NCBI GenBank assembly: GCA_963843335.1
Contig: CAWJKF010000019.1
Location: 15,701 to 79,700 of the forward strand
Source of the DNA: an uncultured Chloroflexia bacterium
Lineage (GTDB): Bacteria; Chloroflexota; Limnocylindria; Limnocylindrales; CSP1-4
DNA: 64,000 nt
Direction: 5' to 3'
Positions 49,269-59,471 of the stretch are shown here, piece by piece. The position numbers were made by a program, and so were the translations under genes. How positions within the stretch are numbered: the stretch's first letter is position 1; the number at the start of each line of letters is the position of its first letter. The notes beneath the pieces are model-generated. The model was not told where the DNA came from. It ran no database searches and was given only the letters and a program-made list of their open reading frames with translations.

Positions 49269-50298
49269 TCACGTCCTGCGCGATCGCTTGAACCGGTCCA
49301 GTGATACCGCCAGGAGCAGCACGGAACCTGTGACGATCGGCTGCCAGAAGATGCCGATGCTATTGATGATCATGGCGTTCTGGACGAGCGCGATGAACAT
49401 CACGCCGAGCACGCCGCCGACGACCGAACCCTCGCCACCGCGGAGGCTTGCTCCGCCCAGCACGGCTGCCGTGATCACCGAGAGCTCGACGGAGATGCCA
49501 GCGGACACGACCGCGCTGTTGAGCCGCGAGGCGCCGATCACCCCAGCGAGTCCGGCCAGCAGGCCCATGATCACGAAGCCGATGACCGTGAGCCGGGCGA
49601 CCCTGATGCCCGAGAGCTTGGCGGCACGGGCGTTCCCGCCGATGAAGTAGAACTGTCGGAAGAATGCCGTCCGCGCGATGGCCCAGGCGAAGAAGCCGAC
49701 GACCGCGAGCATGATCCAGAACGGGGTCTGGAAGCCGAGGAAGACGGTCTGGCCGTAGGCCTTGAAGTCATCGCTGATGGGCGTGACCCCGGTGCCGGCC
49801 GTGACATACGTCAGACCGCGATAGATCGGCGAGGGTGCCCAGCGTCGCGATCAAGGCGTTGATGCCGACCCGCGTGACCAGGAAGCCGTTGAACGCTCCC
49901 GCGGCGACGCCGACCGCGAGGCCGACGAGCAGGCCTGCGGGCGCTGGGTATCCCCAGACGTGCACGACGACGCCGGCCCAGACGCCCGCCAGGGCGAGGA
50001 TCGACCCGATCGACAGGTCGAACACGCCCGCGATCATCAGCAGCATCATGCCCGTGACCAGGATGCCGTTCTGTGCGGCGTTGAGCATGACCGCCGAGAT
50101 ATTGCTGGACGTGGGGAAGTTGTTCGGATACAGGACCGACATCGCGACCACCAGGATCACGATGAGCACGGCCAGTGTGAGCGGCCGCGACTCCGCGAGC
50201 GTCACCAGCACCCGGGACGCCAGTGACGGACGAGGAGCCGCGCTCGTGGCGGAGGCCCCGACCTCCTCGGGTGCCAACTCGGCCGGGACGTCGTTCAT
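49269..50298 (-). pseudogene. Sugar ABC transporter permease (RbsC/AraH-like), one frameshift at 49827
   Basis: ..NISAVMLNAAQNGILVTGMMLLMIAGVFDLSIG...GINALIATLGTLA | IYRGLTYV...FYFIGGNARAAKLSGI...GGASLRGGEGS. The frames abut at GCC-G-ATC. Confidence 0.8.
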
Positions 50299-51867
50299 GC
50301 CACCCTCTCCACTGTTTCGAGCTGTGTGAATCTCGTGGCCAGGCGCAGCACGTCCTCTTCGGTCGCACCGTCACCCGGCAGCTCGCCGACGCTGCGTCCA
50401 GCCGCGATGACGATGATCCGGTCAGCGAGCGTCAGGACTTCAGGCAGATCGGAGGAGACGACCACGATGGCCAGCCCCCGTGCCTTGAGGTCGCCCAGGA
50501 TCCGGTAGATCTCGGCGCGCGCACCGACATCGACCCCACGCGTGGGTTCGTCGACGATGAGCAGGGCCGGCTCCGGTGCCAGCCACTTCGCGAGCAGGAC
50601 CTTCTGCTGGTTGCCGCCGGACAGGTTGTCCAGTGTCTGCCAGGGTGACGGCGTCGAGATCCGAAGCATCTTGATGAAGCGGTCCGCCAGCTCTTCGGTC
50701 ATCCGCTCCGAGATGACCCCCCGCCGGGACACCGTGTGCAGCACGGTGGCGGAGATGTTCTGGGCCACCGAATGGTTCAGGAACAGGCCGCCGTCCTTGC
50801 GATCCTCGGGCATCATGCCGATGCCGGCGGCGATGGCGTCCCAGGGTCCCCCGAAACGGACCTCGCGACCCTTCAGGCGGACGGTGCCTCCGGTCGGCCG
50901 TCGGACCCCGAAGATGGCCTCGCAGGCCTCCGACCGGCCCGACCCGACGAGGCCGGCAAGGCAGATCAGCTCGCCCGCGCGGACCGTGAACGAGATGTCC
51001 TCGACCACGGGCGGGGAAGCCAGGTGGTCGACCTGCAGGATCACGTCCCCAAGGGTCGGCGCTGGGCCACGCTGGAACAGCACGTCGCGACCGACCATCA
51101 GACGGATGAGTTCATCCATGCTCGTGCGCGACACGTCGCGTGTGCCGGTGGCGTGGCCGTCCTTGAGGACCGTCACGCGATCGCACAGCTCGAAGATCTT
51201 CGGCCAGGCGATGGCTGATGTAGATGATCGCGACGCCGGTCTCCTTGAGGCGCCGCAGCAGCACGAACAGGCTCTTGGTCTCCGTCAGCGTCAGGGCTGC
51301 GGTCGGCTCGTCGAGGATGAGCAGTCGGAGGTCGTGCGACAGGCCCTTGGCGATCTCCACGATCTGGGCCTGGGCCGCGGACAGCGAATACACCATCGCG
51401 CCCGGGTCGATCTCGACGCCCATGTCGTTCATGATCGCCTTGGTGCGCCGGCGGATCTCGGCCCGGTCCACGCGCCCGAAGGATTTGGTGACCGGGTGCC
51501 CTGCGAAGACGTTCTCGGCGACGGTCAATTGGGAGACGAGCGATCCCTCCTGATGGACGATGGCGATGCCGAGTCCCGCAGCCATGTGCTCGTCAAGGCC
51601 CCGCAGGGCTGTGCCGTCCAGCTCCATCTCGCCGGCATCCGGCGTGTACACGCCACCGATGACCTTGCCCAGGGTCGACTTTCCGGCACCGTTCTCCCCG
51701 AGCAGCGCGTGGATCTCGCCAGGCCGGACCTCGAGGGACACATCGTTGAGTGCCTGGACTCCGGGGAACTGCTTGGAGCAGCCCCGAACCTGGAGGCGGG
51801 GCACTTGGCCCGACGTGCCAGCGGCCGGTGTCGTGGGCAGACTGACAGGGTCGAGACCTCCGGTCAC
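50295..51867 (-). pseudogene. Sugar ABC transporter ATP-binding protein (two fused NBDs, RbsA-like), one frameshift at 51198
   Basis: GENGAGKSTL...LSAAQAQIVEIAK...LILDEPTAAL...YISHRLAE | IFELCDRVTVLKDG...GLVGSGRSE...LSGGNQQKV...IVDEPTRGVDVGA. Confidence 0.85.
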
Positions 51868-52023
51868 GGGACGAGGGCCTCGGACAGGACGCGCTCACCA
51901 CGAACGTCTGCCCCTGATGATCCGCTCACGCTTGCCACCGAACTCATCCGTCACCCTCCCGGGTCCTTGTCGACGCTCGGCTCGTGTCCTGCGAAGGCCC
52001 TGATCGGCCTGCTCGTTGGTTGC

Positions 52024-52065
52024 AGTATGGCATCAGCGACGGCAGTGGTCAACCGGTGTACCGGT
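52024..52065 (-). promoter_or_regulatory. Promoter TTGACC-17 nt-CATACT for the ABC operon, overlapped by TGGTCAACCGGT box copy 3 and ACCGGT-GT-ACCGGT
   Basis: -35 at 52052-52047 and -10 at 52029-52024 on the minus strand. The box spans 52046-52057. Confidence 0.5.
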
Positions 52066-52115
52066 CCATCTCCTACCATCTGCTGGCGATCCGTCACCGG
52101 CAGTACCGCGCTGTG

Positions 52116-52130
52116 GCATGTGGCATACCA
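52116..52130. promoter_or_regulatory. GGCATGTGGCATACC operator-like element (fourth copy of the GGyATGyGGCATACC motif)
   Basis: Read directly. It lies about 65 bp upstream of the ABC-operon -35 box. Confidence 0.45.
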
Positions 52131-52309
52131 CAGCCAACGACCGGCAGCCTATCGTGGCCACCCGGGTCAGGTCAAGCCGCCGGTGACCCGCCAAGTCGGT
52201 CCTCGACGATCCATCCCCCGGCCTGCGGGGTCGTCGTCGCCCGCGGCCCGACGGAGCTCGGGCGAGTCGACCACTGCGGCGGGGGCGGGACCCGAGGGCC
52301 GCCGAGACC

Positions 52310-53062
52310 CTATCGAATGAGCAGCCAGATGGCCACGACGGTGCCCACGCTGACGATCACGCCCCGCAGGATGGGCGCCGGCAGCCGGCGACCCACATAG
52401 GCACCCAGCTGGCCGCCCGCGATGGAGCCGATGGCCAGCAGCAGCGCCACGGTGATGTCGACGGGGGCGATGGCGAGGAAGAGGATGGCCGCTACGCCGT
52501 TGACCAGCGCGCTGATGACGTTCTTGAGGCCGTTGAGGCGCTGGAGGTCGTCGGTCAGGAAGATGGCCAGGAGGGTGATGAGGATGACGCCCTGTGCCGC
52601 ACCGAAGTAGCCACCGTAGATGCCCGTGAGGTAGACCCCGATGGTCAAGGGCAGCGGGTGGTCGGCGCGGGCGTGGCCGCGGCCGACCATGTACCGGGTG
52701 AGGCGTGGCTGCAGCGCCATGAGCCCGCAGGCGAAGAGGATGAGGAATGGCACGACCGTGCCGAAGACGCTCGCCGGGATGGCCAGCAGCAGGATGCCGC
52801 CGGTGAGGCCGCCCAGCACCCCGGCCGTACCCAGCCGGATCATGCGCGATCGCTGGCCCGACAGCTCGCGCCGGTAGCCGACCGCGCCGCTGATCGCGCC
52901 TGGCACCAGGCCCACGGTGTTGGACACGTTGGCGACGAGCGGCGGATAGCCGAAGGCCAGGAGGGTCGGGAACGTGATGAGCGACCCCGATCCGACGATG
53001 GTGTTGATGGCGCCCGCAGCCAGCCCGGCCGCCGCGATCGCGATGGCCTCGAACCCGGTCAA
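52310..53062 (-). CDS. TSUP (TauE/SafE) family membrane transporter
   Basis: Polytopic membrane protein: GAINTIVGSGSLITFPTLL...GGYFGAAQGVIL... Confidence 0.8.
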   Translation of the reverse strand: MTGFEAIAIAAAGLAAGAINTIVGSGSLITFPTLLAFGYPPLVANVSNTVGLVPGAISGAVGYRRELSGQRSRMIRLGTAGVLGGLTGGILLLAIPASVFGTVVPFLILFACGLMALQPRLTRYMVGRGHARADHPLPLTIGVYLTGIYGGYFGAAQGVILITLLAIFLTDDLQRLNGLKNVISALVNGVAAILFLAIAPVDITVALLLAIGSIAGGQLGAYVGRRLPAPILRGVIVSVGTVVAIWLLIR

Positions 53063-53101
53063 CGGGTGCCGCGGATGGACGGGTCCGACGCTGGAGCCAC
53101 G

Positions 53102-53598
53102 CTAGCGGTCGATCTCCACGAGCGGCACCCAGGCGTTGAGCATCGCCACGCCGACGCACAGGAGCGCCGCCGGCACGGTCCAGTAGAGGCCGCCACCGAT
53201 ACCCAGGATGAGCGACAGCCCGGCGGGCACGAACAGCAGCAGGACGACCACACCGAACGCTTCCTGGGTATCCGGCTGGTGGCGGTACTCGGGAGCGGTC
53301 GCCGCCCGCCGCCCGACGCTCCGGAAGCCCACGATCAGCGCGACACCCTCACCCAGGATGGCGAGCTCAGTCCCGAGCACGGCCGCCGACTGGCCAGGGA
53401 TGAGGTTGAAGGTGCAGGCAACGAGCACCGCGCCGAGCAGGATGATCGCCTCGGCGGCACGGCTCACGAGCCAGGGATAGCGCAGCACGGAGTGGATGTT
53501 CACGGACAGGCCACGAAGATGAGGCCGACGAGCACGGCAGCGGCTCCGAGCATCGCGATCGCGAACCCGTCCCAGTTGGCGACCTCATAGGCATCCAT
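53102..53598 (-). pseudogene. Hypothetical membrane protein. Either one gene with a 1-nt deletion at about 53503, or two GTGA-coupled small genes
   Basis: MDAYEVANWDGFAIAMLGAAAVLVGLIFVA(CP*) would continue as ..SVNIHSVLRYPWLVSRAAEAIILLGAVLV. There are four predicted TM segments in total. Confidence 0.45.
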
Positions 53599-53822
53599 GC
53601 GTTGCGGATGGTAGTCGGCGTCGTGCGGGCCCGCGGGGCGCCTCCAGCCTGGCCCGCGAGGCGCCTCCAGCCTGGCCGTCCCAGTCGCCATGCGCATCGC
53701 CCGGCCAACGAGGCGTCGTCGTTGGCCCGGTCACCCGCTGGGCGCATATCGCGGACTCGCGCGACGAACGCGCCGGGGTCATGCGCCACGCGGCGCACGA
53801 GCGGATCCCGAACCAGCGGCGG

Positions 53823-54209
53823 CTAGCCTGGCACCAGTCGGATGGTCGACCGGGAGGCGTCCACGGAGACGACCGTATCCACGATCGCGGCCCCGTGCCG
53901 ATCGTACTTGCGGTGGTACGCCTGATCGAGTGCCGCGGTCACGGAAGGGTCGGGCGACTCGAAGGACACGTCCCGCTCCGCGCCGAACATGCGGACACGA
54001 CCGTGCCCCGACTCGACGGCGCGCCGGTACCAGCCGTTCTGTGGCCCGTACGCCGAGCGCACGTAGAGGTCGTCGTCGAGGCGCACGAACCAGATGGTGA
54101 CGTACGGCCGGAAGCTGCCGTCGGGTCGACGGGACGTGATGTCCAGCTCCTCCACGTCGGTGGATCGGGACAGGTCGTCGGGCGTCCAGGTGGCCATCGA
54201 TGCCTCCAT
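53823..54209 (-). CDS. DUF2255-family protein
   Basis: TWTPDDL....EELDITSRRPDGSFRPYVTIWFVRLDDDLYVRSAYGPQNGWYRRA matches my memory of this family. Confidence 0.65.
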   Translation of the reverse strand: MEASMATWTPDDLSRSTDVEELDITSRRPDGSFRPYVTIWFVRLDDDLYVRSAYGPQNGWYRRAVESGHGRVRMFGAERDVSFESPDPSVTAALDQAYHRKYDRHGAAIVDTVVSVDASRSTIRLVPG

Positions 54210-54210
54210 C

Positions 54211-55227
<1,017 letters not shown>

Positions 55228-55463
55228 TCATGGCGGGTGTGGCCGCCATCGGGGCGTGATCACGCCCGTCGACGTTCTCGGGCGGGACGCGGAACGGATG
55301 GAGGCCGCCGTGGGTGGCGCGCATGCCTGCCATGGAACCACGGCTGACAGCGTCGTGTGTCCGGGCGCTCGAGCCAGGCCGGCGCGCCGGACATGCACGA
55401 GGGCCGGCAGATCACATGCCCGCGGCGCGCACATCGGTTCCGCGGGATACGTCATTTGCCCTG

Positions 55464-55492
55464 TTGACGTGGTTGTGAGTCATCACTAACAT
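55464..55492 (+). promoter_or_regulatory. Promoter TTGACG-17 nt-TAACAT; the -10 box ends 8 nt before the TetR ATG (leaderless transcript predicted)
   Basis: Read directly. Confidence 0.55.
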
Positions 55493-55500
55493 GCGCCGAC

Positions 55501-56079
55501 ATGACCTCTGCCGCATCCGTCGCGACCCCCGCTGTCCACCGCCTGACAGCCATCGACCGCCGTGAGGCGATCCTGCAGGCGGCCATGGAAGCGTTCGCGG
55601 AGACGGGTCTCCACGGCACCTCCACGGAGACCATCGCCCGCAACGTCGGCATCTCGCAGCCGTACCTGTTCCGGCTGTACGGGACCAAGAAGGAGCTGTT
55701 CCTGGCCGCCATCCGGCGGTGCTTCGACGACACCCTGGAGCGTTTCCGGGTGGCGGTCGAGGAGGGGACACCCGACATGCCCGTGCCACAGCGGATCGGG
55801 GACGCGTACGGCGAGATGCTCCGGGATGGCACCAAGCTCCGGATGCAGATGCAGTCGTACGCGGCCTGTGACGACCCCGATGTACGGGCAGCCGTCCAGA
55901 CAGGCTTCGGCGAGGTCACCGAGTACGTCGCGTCCGTGGCCGGGGTCGAGGCATTCCGTCTCGCCACCTTCATGGGTCGGGGCATGCTCCTCAACGTCAT
56001 GGCGTCGATGGACGTCCTGGATGCGACCGATGGCTGGGCCGCCATGCTGCGAGAGGGCTGCATGGCAGAGCCTCAGTGA
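55501..56079 (+). CDS. TetR/AcrR-family transcriptional regulator
   Basis: REAILQAAMEAFAETGLHGTSTETIARNVGISQPYLFRLYGTKKELF. Confidence 0.85.
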   Translation: MTSAASVATPAVHRLTAIDRREAILQAAMEAFAETGLHGTSTETIARNVGISQPYLFRLYGTKKELFLAAIRRCFDDTLERFRVAVEEGTPDMPVPQRIGDAYGEMLRDGTKLRMQMQSYAACDDPDVRAAVQTGFGEVTEYVASVAGVEAFRLATFMGRGMLLNVMASMDVLDATDGWAAMLREGCMAEPQ

Positions 56080-56156
56080 CCCGCGACCGGGACGACTCCC
56101 ACCGTTGACGCCGATATCCCAGCGATATAAATCCCACTGACACGGAGACCAGACCC

Positions 56157-57608
56157 TTGACCGAGCAACCACGATCCAACGCTCGTTGGACATTCATCAT
56201 CACGGCGACCGCGCTGCTGATGGTGGTCCTCGACAACCTCGTCGTGAGCACCGCGCTCCCGACCATCAAGGCCGACCTCAACGCCACGCTCGAGGGCCTG
56301 GAGTGGACGGTCAACGCCTACACCCTCACCTTCGCGGTGCTGCTGCTGCCCGCGGCCGCCCTGGGCGACCGCTTCGGCCGGCGACGGATGTTCGTGGCCG
56401 GGCTGACCCTGTTCACGCTCGCCTCGGCTGGCGCCGCGCTCTCCAACAGCATCGAGACGCTCATCATGGCCCGGGCCCTCCAGGGGACCGGTGCCGCGTT
56501 CGTCGTGCCCCTCACCCTGACGCTCCTGAGCGCGGCCGTGCCCGCCGAGCGACGTGGCGTGGCCCTCGGCGCCTGGGGCGCCATCGGCGGTCTTGCCGTG
56601 GCCCTCGGCCCCTTGGTCGGCGGCGCCATCGTGGAAGGCATCAACTGGCACTGGATCTTCTGGCTCAACGTGCCCATCGGCCTCGTGCTCATCCCGTTCG
56701 GCCTGCTGCGCCTGACGGAGAGCCGGGGACCCGCGGACAAGCTGGACCTGCCGGGCGTGCTGCTCGTCAGCGGCGGCCTCCTGGCCGTGGTCTGGGCCGT
56801 CATCAAGGGCAACGAGCTGGGCTGGACCAGCGCCCCCATCCTCATCAGCTTCGCCCTCGGCGTCGTGCTCCTCGCCGCGTTCGCGTGGTGGGAGCGACGC
56901 GCCATCGCGCCGATGCTGCCGCTCACCTTCTTCAAGAGCCGGGCCTTCTCGATGGCCAACCTGGCGTCCCTGCTGATGTACTTCGGGATGTTCGGCGCCG
57001 TCTTCCTGCTCAGCCAGTACCTCCAGATCGTGCTCCACAACTCGCCCTTCCAGGCGGGCCTGAAGATCCTGCCCTGGACCCTCGCGCCCATCTTCATCGC
57101 GCCCATCGCGGGCGCCTCCTCCGACCGCATCGGTGGTGGCGTGCTCATGGGTACCGGCCTCGCGATGCAGGCCATCGGCCTCGCGTGGCTGGGCCTGGTC
57201 GTGACGCCGACCGTGGACTACGCGCAGCTGGTGCTGCCGTTCATCATCTCGGGCATCGGCATGGGCCTCTTCTTCGCACCGGTCGCCAACGTCGTGCTGA
57301 GCGCCGTCCGACCCCAGGAGGAAGGTCAGGCCTCGGGTGCCAACAACGCCATCCGCGAGGTCGGCGGCGTCTTCGGGGTGGCCATCCTCGCCTCCGTGTT
57401 CAGCAGCTTCGGCGGCTACGCGACCCCGACCACGTTCGTGGACGGTCTCAAGCCGGCCATCCTCATCGGCGCCGCGTTCGTGGCCCTCGGCTCGGTGGCG
57501 GCCTTCGCCATCCCGCGCCAGGTGCGGATGGCGCATCCGGAGCTCGACGTCGAGGACGGCGTGGTGCCGGAAGGCGAGGCGGAGCAGGGCACGGTGCTCG
57601 CCTCGTAG
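56157..57608 (+). CDS. MFS transporter, DHA2 (EmrB/QacA, 14-TMS) type
   Basis: LMVVLDNLVVSTALPTI...LGDRFGRRRMF... with about 14 hydrophobic segments. TTG start with an ACGGAG RBS. Confidence 0.85.
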   Translation: MTEQPRSNARWTFIITATALLMVVLDNLVVSTALPTIKADLNATLEGLEWTVNAYTLTFAVLLLPAAALGDRFGRRRMFVAGLTLFTLASAGAALSNSIETLIMARALQGTGAAFVVPLTLTLLSAAVPAERRGVALGAWGAIGGLAVALGPLVGGAIVEGINWHWIFWLNVPIGLVLIPFGLLRLTESRGPADKLDLPGVLLVSGGLLAVVWAVIKGNELGWTSAPILISFALGVVLLAAFAWWERRAIAPMLPLTFFKSRAFSMANLASLLMYFGMFGAVFLLSQYLQIVLHNSPFQAGLKILPWTLAPIFIAPIAGASSDRIGGGVLMGTGLAMQAIGLAWLGLVVTPTVDYAQLVLPFIISGIGMGLFFAPVANVVLSAVRPQEEGQASGANNAIREVGGVFGVAILASVFSSFGGYATPTTFVDGLKPAILIGAAFVALGSVAAFAIPRQVRMAHPELDVEDGVVPEGEAEQGTVLAS

Positions 57609-57682
57609 CGCTTCGGGCCGTGCTGGCCCATCACCCTCGCGACCTCATCGACCCGGCGGCATCCCCGCCGGGTCGATGCCTG

Positions 57683-58246
57683 TCAGCGCAGTCGTTCGAG
57701 CGCGAGCCGCTGGAGTGCCACGACCGACATCGCGTCGGTGATGCGGCCATCCGTGACCATCCTCATCACCTCGTCGAAGGGCACCCAGTCGAGCGTCAGG
57801 TCCATCTCGGTCGACTCCAGCGCCGTCGGCCCGTGGGTCAGGTCCGTGGCCAGGAAGAGGGTCGCGAGCTCATCGGTCACCGAGTTGGAGATGTGCACCC
57901 GGGCGATCTCCCGCCACTGCGCAGCCTCGGCGCCGGCTTCCTCCCGCAGCTCCCGCCGGGCACCCGCGAGTGGCGACTCGCCGTCCGGCACGCCACCCTC
58001 CGGGATCTCCCACGATCGATGGTCCAGGGTGTAGCGATGCTGGGCCACGAGCGCCACCCGGTCCTGATCATCGATGGCGACGATACCGACCGCGCTGTTC
58101 CGGAAGTGGACCACGCCATAGATGCCCGGGGAGCCGTCGGGGCGCATGACCTCGTCGTGGAAGACCGTGATCCAGTCGTTCTCGTAGGCGACGGCACGCG
58201 ACCGTCGCCGCCACGGTCCGACCGGCGTCCCGTCGGGGTCGGTCAC
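57683..58246 (-). CDS. NUDIX hydrolase (ADP-ribose pyrophosphatase-like)
   Basis: Nudix box EIPEGGVPDGESPLAGARRELREEAGA. GTGA overlap with the upstream SDR gene. Confidence 0.8.
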   Translation of the reverse strand: MTDPDGTPVGPWRRRSRAVAYENDWITVFHDEVMRPDGSPGIYGVVHFRNSAVGIVAIDDQDRVALVAQHRYTLDHRSWEIPEGGVPDGESPLAGARRELREEAGAEAAQWREIARVHISNSVTDELATLFLATDLTHGPTALESTEMDLTLDWVPFDEVMRMVTDGRITDAMSVVALQRLALERLR

Positions 58247-58983
58247 CCGCGCGCCCGGGTCGCCGCGCTGGTCGGGGAGAGGGCCGTCCGGCCGCCATCG
58301 ACGCGCCAGCTGGCGCCCGTCACGTAGGCCGTCTCCGCGGACAGCAGCAGCGCCACGATGGCCGCGACCTCGTCCGCCTTCCCCATCCGACCCAGTGGCA
58401 CGTCCGGCCGCGCATCGGCCGGGAACGCGGCGGCGTCGAAGGGTGTGTCGATGGCCCCCGGGGCGACCACGTTCACGCGCACGCCATCCGGTCCGCCGAT
58501 GACCGCGAGCGACCGACAGAGTCCCTCGAGACCGGACTTCGCGGCCGCGTATGCGGGGGAGCGGAGCGGATCCTCCGCGGCTCCGACGATGCTGCCGATG
58601 AGGACCACCGATGCCCGGCCCATGACGAGCCGCGGCCAGCCCAGCCGCACGGCATCGAACGGCGCGGTCAGGTCGACCCGCAGCGCCTCTGCCCAATGGT
58701 CGGCGTCATCCCACGGCCCCGACGGGGGCACCCCGGCGGCACACACGAGACCCTGGATCGCGCCCGCATCGTCCGCGGCACGATCGAGCGCGGCCTGGAG
58801 GTCGGTCGGTGATGTGGCGTCGCCGACCACGAGCCGCGCCCCTGACGGTGCCACGGGTCGACGCACCAGGGCGGTGACGCTCCAGCCGTCTGCGAGCAGC
58901 CGCTCGGTCACGGCCCAGCCGATACCCGACGAGGCGCCGGTCACCAGGCAGTGGCGGGTCTGGGCAGGGTCGGCTCGGGTCAT
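58243..58983 (-). CDS. SDR-family oxidoreductase
   Basis: VTGASSGIGWAV...CAAG...YAAAKSG. Confidence 0.8.
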   Translation of the reverse strand: MTRADPAQTRHCLVTGASSGIGWAVTERLLADGWSVTALVRRPVAPSGARLVVGDATSPTDLQAALDRAADDAGAIQGLVCAAGVPPSGPWDDADHWAEALRVDLTAPFDAVRLGWPRLVMGRASVVLIGSIVGAAEDPLRSPAYAAAKSGLEGLCRSLAVIGGPDGVRVNVVAPGAIDTPFDAAAFPADARPDVPLGRMGKADEVAAIVALLLSAETAYVTGASWRVDGGRTALSPTSAATRARG

Positions 58984-59017
58984 GATCCGACATGCTAGCC
59001 GGCCGGGGGCAGCGGGG

Positions 59018-59126
59018 GGTTCGGCTCGGGTCGCGGGAGTGCCCATACCCACCCCGTGGGTGAGCCTTCCCGCGGCCCTGGCAGGTTCGGCCCGTCGGCC
59101 TGCCATACCCACCCCGTGGGTGGGCC
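59018..59126. repeat. Two tandem repeat units, each GGTTCGGCyCG..GTCG..(G)CCATACCCACCCCGTGGGTGrGCC and each containing the palindrome ACCCAC-CCC-GTGGGT; a third palindrome ACCCAC-CAT-GTGGGT lies at 59260-59274
   Basis: An identical 20-mer CCATACCCACCCCGTGGGTG occurs at 59043-59062 and 59103-59122, exactly 60 bp apart. Confidence 0.7.
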
Positions 59127-59471
59127 TGACCATCGACCGGCCTGGGCTGGCCGACCCGACCCACGGGAGACATCGATCATGCCGAACCTTGCTTCCTGGA
59201 CCGGAGTCACCCGTGCCATGGGTCAACGGTGCGCGTTCGCGTGCCTTCGGGTCGAACTCACCCACCATGTGGGTCGCCGCCGCCGTGGTCGCACCACGTC
59301 CCGGCAGGGTTGCGGTCTGGTAGCGCCCGGGTATCGGCTCGGTACCTTCGTCACGTCGCCGGACCGCCCCTCCGGTGTACCCTGTGGTCGATTGCGTCGC
59401 ATCGCGGGCCAGCCCGCCCAGCAGCACTCGGGGCTCGGCGCTCGCCGCTCATCACGAGGATCACCCATCCC

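Noticed and set aside
21313-52200. The sugar-acid island as a mobile genomic island or integrative element.
   Set aside because: There is no integrase, transposase, tRNA target, flanking direct repeats or visible compositional shift. The only rearrangement scars (43.4-45.8 kb) are internal.
53102-53697. The ORF 53500..53697 read from its first Met (MRMATGTARLEAPRGPG...) as a real 65-aa protein.
   Set aside because: The first 33 codons are Arg/Pro/Gly-rich and span the 23-bp tandem duplication. The hydrophobic part starts at MDAYEV (53598), which I used as the start.
59018-59126. Possible CRISPR array or REP cluster because of the repeated CCATACCCACCCCGTGGGTG.
   Set aside because: There are only two full copies plus one related palindrome, no regular repeat-spacer architecture and no cas genes. 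I treat it as a tandem repeat or operator candidate.
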